This document shows positions 33,618-36,918 of a stretch of DNA of 36,918 nt, one piece after another. Both the position numbers and the translations under genes were made by a program. The notes beneath the pieces were generated by a model that worked only from the letters and a program-made list of their open reading frames with translations, made no database searches and was not told the DNA's origin. Source of the stretch: an uncultured Myxococcota bacterium (GTDB lineage Bacteria > Myxococcota_A > Polyangia > Polyangiales > Houyiibacteriaceae); contig CAXMRM010000213.1 in the NCBI GenBank assembly GCA_964196015.1, positions 1-36,918 on the forward strand, in the 5' to 3' direction. Every line of letters begins with the position of its first letter. Position 1 is the stretch's first letter.

Positions 33618-33631
33618 TAGAACATGTTCTA
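33618..33631. promoter_or_regulatory. KstR-type (TetR family) operator-like perfect palindrome TAGAACATGTTCTA
   Basis: A 14-bp perfect inverted repeat fits the published KstR consensus TnnAACnnGTTnnA. Thirty-five nt separate it from the kstD-like ATG. It covers the predicted -10 of that gene. Confidence 0.6.
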
Positions 33632-33649
33632 GCAAAACGGCCCTGTCAA
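33621..33649 (-). promoter_or_regulatory. sigma70-like promoter of the kstD-like gene
   Basis: On the minus strand: consensus -35 TTGACA (33649-33644), a 17-nt spacer, then CATGTT (33626-33621) inside the palindrome. Confidence 0.4.
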
Positions 33650-33741
33650 ACGCCCAGGATCTTGCGGCAGGGGGTACCTGGCGCTAGAAAAAAGCAAACC
33701 TTTCCAAGGTGTTGAGCAGCCAGCTGCTCGGAGGTTCCACG

Positions 33742-34257
33742 TTGATTCGTCCCATTCTCTTTTACCCAGACAAACGTCTCCGCGAGCCCGGCAAAGAGGT
33801 CGAGGAGTTCGATGCTGAGTTGCATCGGTTGATCGAGGACATGGCGGAGACGATGTACGTGGCCCCGGGCGTCGGATTAGCCGCTCCTCAGATCGGGGTG
33901 TCCAAGCGGCTGTTCATCGTGGACGTTGCCAGCGACGACGACGAGCCGAGCGATCTTCGCGTTTTCATCAATCCGGAGATCATCGCGGCCGAGGGTGAGA
34001 CCGTCTTCAACGAAGGCTGCCTCTCGTTTCCCGGTATTCGCGAAGACATCGACCGCGCCGAGCGGGTCACGATCCGCGCATTCGACAAGGACGGCAAGCC
34101 GTTCGAGCTCGAGGCGGACGGTCTGTTGGCGATCGCGATTCAACACGAAAACGATCACCTCGACGGCAAGTTGATGATCGACAACCTCAGCGTGTTGCGC
34201 CGCCGGATGGTACATCGCGCAATGACCAAGCGAGCTGCGGCCGAAGCCGCGCAGTGA
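33742..34257 (+). CDS. def: peptide deformylase
   Basis: Motifs GVGLAAPQIG, EGCLSFPG and HENDHLDG. TTG 33742 is preceded by GGAGG with a 7-nt spacer and yields the canonical MIRPILFYPD N terminus. Alternative GTG start at 33709. Confidence 0.95.
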   Translation: MIRPILFYPDKRLREPGKEVEEFDAELHRLIEDMAETMYVAPGVGLAAPQIGVSKRLFIVDVASDDDEPSDLRVFINPEIIAAEGETVFNEGCLSFPGIREDIDRAERVTIRAFDKDGKPFELEADGLLAIAIQHENDHLDGKLMIDNLSVLRRRMVHRAMTKRAAAEAAQ

Positions 34258-34263
34258 CGGCCT

Positions 34264-35211
34264 GTGCGGACGATTTTTTTCGGCAGCCCTGACTTCGCGG
34301 TGCCCTGCCTCGAAGTGCTGCACGACATCAGCGACGTTGCCGTAGTTATCTCGCAGCCGGACCGGCCGGCGGGGCGTGGGCTTGCGATGCGGCCCCCTGC
34401 CGTGAAGAAGCGCGCGCTCGAGCTCGGGCTTGAAGTGTGGCAGCCCACGAAGGTCCGAACCGCCGAGTTTGCGGAGAAGCTTCGCGCCTGCGATGCCGAC
34501 GTTGCGGTCGTCGTGGCGTACGGCCGGATTCTCCCGCGCGCGGTGCTCGATGCGCCGACAGCCGGGTGCGTCAACGTCCACGCATCCTTACTTCCACGCT
34601 GGCGAGGCGCGGCGCCGATTCAATGGTCGATCGTGCACGGAGACGAGGAGACCGGCGTCACGCTGATGCAAATGGATGAGGGCATGGACACGGGTCCGAT
34701 CCTTGCGATCGCGTCGACGCCCATCGCACGGGATGACGACGCGGCCACGCTGAGCGACCGGCTTTCGACGATGGGGGCGGAGCTTCTACGCGAACAGCTC
34801 CCCCGCTACGTCGCCGGTGACATCACGCCGCAGCGGCAAGATGACGGCGCGGCGACGATGGCGCCTCTCCTCAAGAAGGAGCACGGCCGCATCGACTGGA
34901 ACAAATCGGCCGCAGCGGTGCATAATCAGATCCGCGGCATGTATTCCTGGCCTGGAGCGCAGACGGTTCTCGGAGAGCGGCACATCAAAGTGCACCGCGC
35001 TATCGCGTCGACCCTGGATCCGGAGGGAGTGGCCCCCGGTCAGGTGATCGCGCTCGATCCCGAAGGCATCCTCGTCGCCTGCGCCGAAGGCACGCTGGAG
35101 ATTCAGGAGCTTCAGGAGAGCGGACGGAAACGGGTCGACGCGCGTTCCTTCGCGAGCGGGCGAGGGGTCGCAGTTGGCGATCGGTTTTCGAGTGGAAGGG
35201 CCGATGAATGA
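34264..35211 (+). CDS. fmt: methionyl-tRNA formyltransferase
   Basis: MRTIFFGSPDFAVP, the SQPDRPAGRG loop, NVHASLLPRWRGAAPIQ, and a C-terminal beta-barrel domain. Classic def-fmt pairing. Confidence 0.95.
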   Translation: MRTIFFGSPDFAVPCLEVLHDISDVAVVISQPDRPAGRGLAMRPPAVKKRALELGLEVWQPTKVRTAEFAEKLRACDADVAVVVAYGRILPRAVLDAPTAGCVNVHASLLPRWRGAAPIQWSIVHGDEETGVTLMQMDEGMDTGPILAIASTPIARDDDAATLSDRLSTMGAELLREQLPRYVAGDITPQRQDDGAATMAPLLKKEHGRIDWNKSAAAVHNQIRGMYSWPGAQTVLGERHIKVHRAIASTLDPEGVAPGQVIALDPEGILVACAEGTLEIQELQESGRKRVDARSFASGRGVAVGDRFSSGRADE

Positions 35212-35762
35212 AGATCTATACGAAGACAGGTGACGCTGGAGAAACCGGCCTCTTTGGTGGCGCCAGGGTGTCCAAAGCCTCGCTCCGCGTTGAAGCCTAC
35301 GGTGAGGTCGACGAGCTGAACAGCGCCGTAGGTTGGGCGCGCCTGCAGGTCTCAGACCCAGATCTCGATGCAGTGCTCAATCAAATTCAAAACGACCTGT
35401 TCGAAGTGGGAGCAGAGCTAGGCTCGACCGAAGACCGCAAACACAAGAGTGCGATGCCGCTCATTGCCGAGCCGCAGGTCGAGGCCCTCGAACGTGCCAT
35501 CGACAAGTACGAAGAAGGCCCCCCCGCACTCACCTCGTTCGTCCTGCCAGGCGGCAGCGAAGGCGCAGCCCGCTTCCACCTCGCGCGCTGTGTGTGCCGA
35601 CGCGCCGAACGCTCGCTCGTCGCTCTCGGCGCGCAGGAAACCTTTCGGGGAGAGCTTTTGCGCTACCTCAACCGTCTGAGCGATCTGCTCTTCGTCCTGG
35701 CCCGCTACGCGAATCACGCCGCGGGTGTAGAGGACATTCCCTGGAAAGGGCAGGGCGGCTAG
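35208..35762 (+). CDS. ATP:cob(I)alamin adenosyltransferase, PduO type
   Basis: MKIYTKTGDAGETGLFGG...RVSK...EAYGEVDELNS is the hallmark PduO-type N terminus. Its ATG overlaps the fmt stop (ATGA). Confidence 0.9.
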   Translation: MKIYTKTGDAGETGLFGGARVSKASLRVEAYGEVDELNSAVGWARLQVSDPDLDAVLNQIQNDLFEVGAELGSTEDRKHKSAMPLIAEPQVEALERAIDKYEEGPPALTSFVLPGGSEGAARFHLARCVCRRAERSLVALGAQETFRGELLRYLNRLSDLLFVLARYANHAAGVEDIPWKGQGG

Positions 35763-36918
35763 GGCACGTCGTCCGCGTCGAGGCCAAACTCAGGTGTTCC
35801 AACTCGACCGTCTGCGAGCACGTCGCCCGGCAAATCGAGGCCCCGGCGCATTTCTTCGATCGCCTCGTAGAGCGCCGCCCGCTCGCACGACAGCTGGCGA
35901 ACGACTGTGGCCCCCCACTGGCGCTTCACGCGGATCTTGATCGAGGTCCACGTGCGTCTCACCAGCTCCAGATAGACCAACGCGAGCGCGCCCCCGAACC
36001 CGCCGATCAGGAAGGTAATGATGCCGGCGGCCCATGGAGCGCGAGGAATTCCCGCGAACGAGTTGTGTAGCTCGATCTGGCCCAGGCCCACGAGCAGTGC
36101 TGCCGTCAACCAGGCGACTGGAAACAGGACGAGGCTGGCGAGCAGCTTGATTGTGGCCGTGTCTTTGTATTGCTTCGACGCGATGCGGGAGAACAGATTG
36201 GTCAGGAAGTAGGGCCCGGCGTTGATCAACGACCCCAACACGAGAACGGGAGGAAATACCAAGAACACCACCGCTGCCTGAACAGCCAATGCGACGGCTA
36301 GCCATTTGGACTCGAGGGGTGCTGGCTGGTCGAGATCGTGGTCCTTGAGCTTCACCTCGAGGAGCGCCTGATCATAGGCGGAGACGCGATCGAGCAACTC
36401 CTGCACTTGATCGGGCTCCGCCCGCAGGCGCGCGTAGTACGCCGTCCAGACCCTCGCCATCCCCAACGTGCGCTCGACCATGTTCGGTGCGTTGAGGCTC
36501 GCCCCCGCCCTCTTGGCCCGCTCCGCTCGCATGAGCGTCCGCACGCGATTCATCAGCTGATTCAGCTCCCAGCTTTCGGTCGCATGGGTGACCTCCTGCA
36601 GGACCGGCTCGAGGGCATGAGTCAGCTCCGTGCTACGAGCGCGTAGCGCCTCGGCATCGCCTGCCGGGATCGATGCCAAGAGCTCCGGCGGCAGCGCGAT
36701 CGGCGCATGGAACTCGACGAGGGCGTCCGACCGGAACGCGGTCTTGTCGTTGTAGTGAAGACCCACCGGGATGATCACCGGTGCAACGCCGTTCTCCGCG
36801 CAGAGTTGCCTGGCGCGGTAGTACAGCCGCGCCGCGCCTGTCTTGAGCTCTTGAAGAAACGGATCGTCGTGACTGACCCCTTCCGGGAACAACGCAGCAA
36901 AGCCGCCATCGCATACCG
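35759..36918 (-). CDS. PlsC/LPLAT-family acyltransferase with long C-terminal membrane extension (5' end outside the window)
   Basis: The ORF is open to the window edge. FPEGVSHD (acyltransferase block III) and VIIPVGLHY (block IV) lie near the visible N-terminal end. About 300 more residues follow, containing several TM helices. Confidence 0.78.
   Translation of the reverse strand, partial: VCDGGFAALFPEGVSHDDPFLQELKTGAARLYYRARQLCAENGVAPVIIPVGLHYNDKTAFRSDALVEFHAPIALPPELLASIPAGDAEALRARSTELTHALEPVLQEVTHATESWELNQLMNRVRTLMRAERAKRAGASLNAPNMVERTLGMARVWTAYYARLRAEPDQVQELLDRVSAYDQALLEVKLKDHDLDQPAPLESKWLAVALAVQAAVVFLVFPPVLVLGSLINAGPYFLTNLFSRIASKQYKDTATIKLLASLVLFPVAWLTAALLVGLGQIELHNSFAGIPRAPWAAGIITFLIGGFGGALALVYLELVRRTWTSIKIRVKRQWGATVVRQLSCERAALYEAIEEMRRGLDLPGDVLADGRVGTPEFGLDADDVP

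Noticed and set aside
1-36918. Visual search of the whole window for tRNA/rRNA genes, CRISPR repeat-spacer periodicity, IS elements, integrases, phage genes and toxin-antitoxin pairs.
   Set aside because: I saw no T-arm/acceptor-like GGTTCGA(A/G)TCC motifs in non-coding DNA. No regularly spaced 25-40 bp repeats are visible. No transposase or integrase-like ORF appears in the six-frame track. A computational scan (tRNAscan-SE, Infernal, CRISPR finders, ISfinder) is still needed for certainty.

Overview
High-GC (roughly mid-60s % by eye) bacterial chromosomal segment, densely packed with about 36 protein-coding genes on both strands. I found no rRNA, tRNA, CRISPR array, transposase, integrase or prophage gene. 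Tetratricopeptide repeat (TPR)-linked Ser/Thr kinases, a DUF4388 module, many lipoproteins and a sphingoid-base-type lipid locus suggest a Myxococcota-like organism; this is inference only. Most genes are housekeeping: tmk, ctaB-sco, an aminotransferase, bioB, bfd-bfr, pgm, cysE, aroC, tsaD, priA, def-fmt and a PduO-type adenosyltransferase. Six things do not look routine. (1) A tightly coupled minus-strand operon encodes a lipoprotein, an orphan MlaE permease, a five-heme c-type cytochrome fused to TPRs, and a tiny basic tail-anchored protein. It has no MlaF ATPase or MlaD partner. This is my best candidate for an undescribed envelope system. (2) A perfect 14-bp palindrome, TAGAACATGTTCTA, matches the actinobacterial KstR operator consensus. 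It sits on the -10 region of a lone KstD-like flavoprotein gene, next to a compositionally aberrant, G-depleted and CTA-rich priA 3' end. (3) A dedicated acyl carrier protein (ACP), a serine-palmitoyltransferase-like oxoamine synthase, a short-chain dehydrogenase/reductase (SDR) and a MaoC dehydratase form a lipid locus interleaved with cysE. (4) A four-module signalling protein combines an MshEN-like domain, a degenerate HD-GYP, a receiver with Asp replaced by Glu, and DUF4388. A zinc-ribbon kinase-STAND-TPR protein follows it. (5) Many genes carry a -10-like hexamer 6-8 nt from the start codon and no Shine-Dalgarno (SD), which suggests leaderless mRNAs. (6) Convergent genes share CTAG stop codons. 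All functional calls come from reading motifs in the translated ORFs; no database search was possible.
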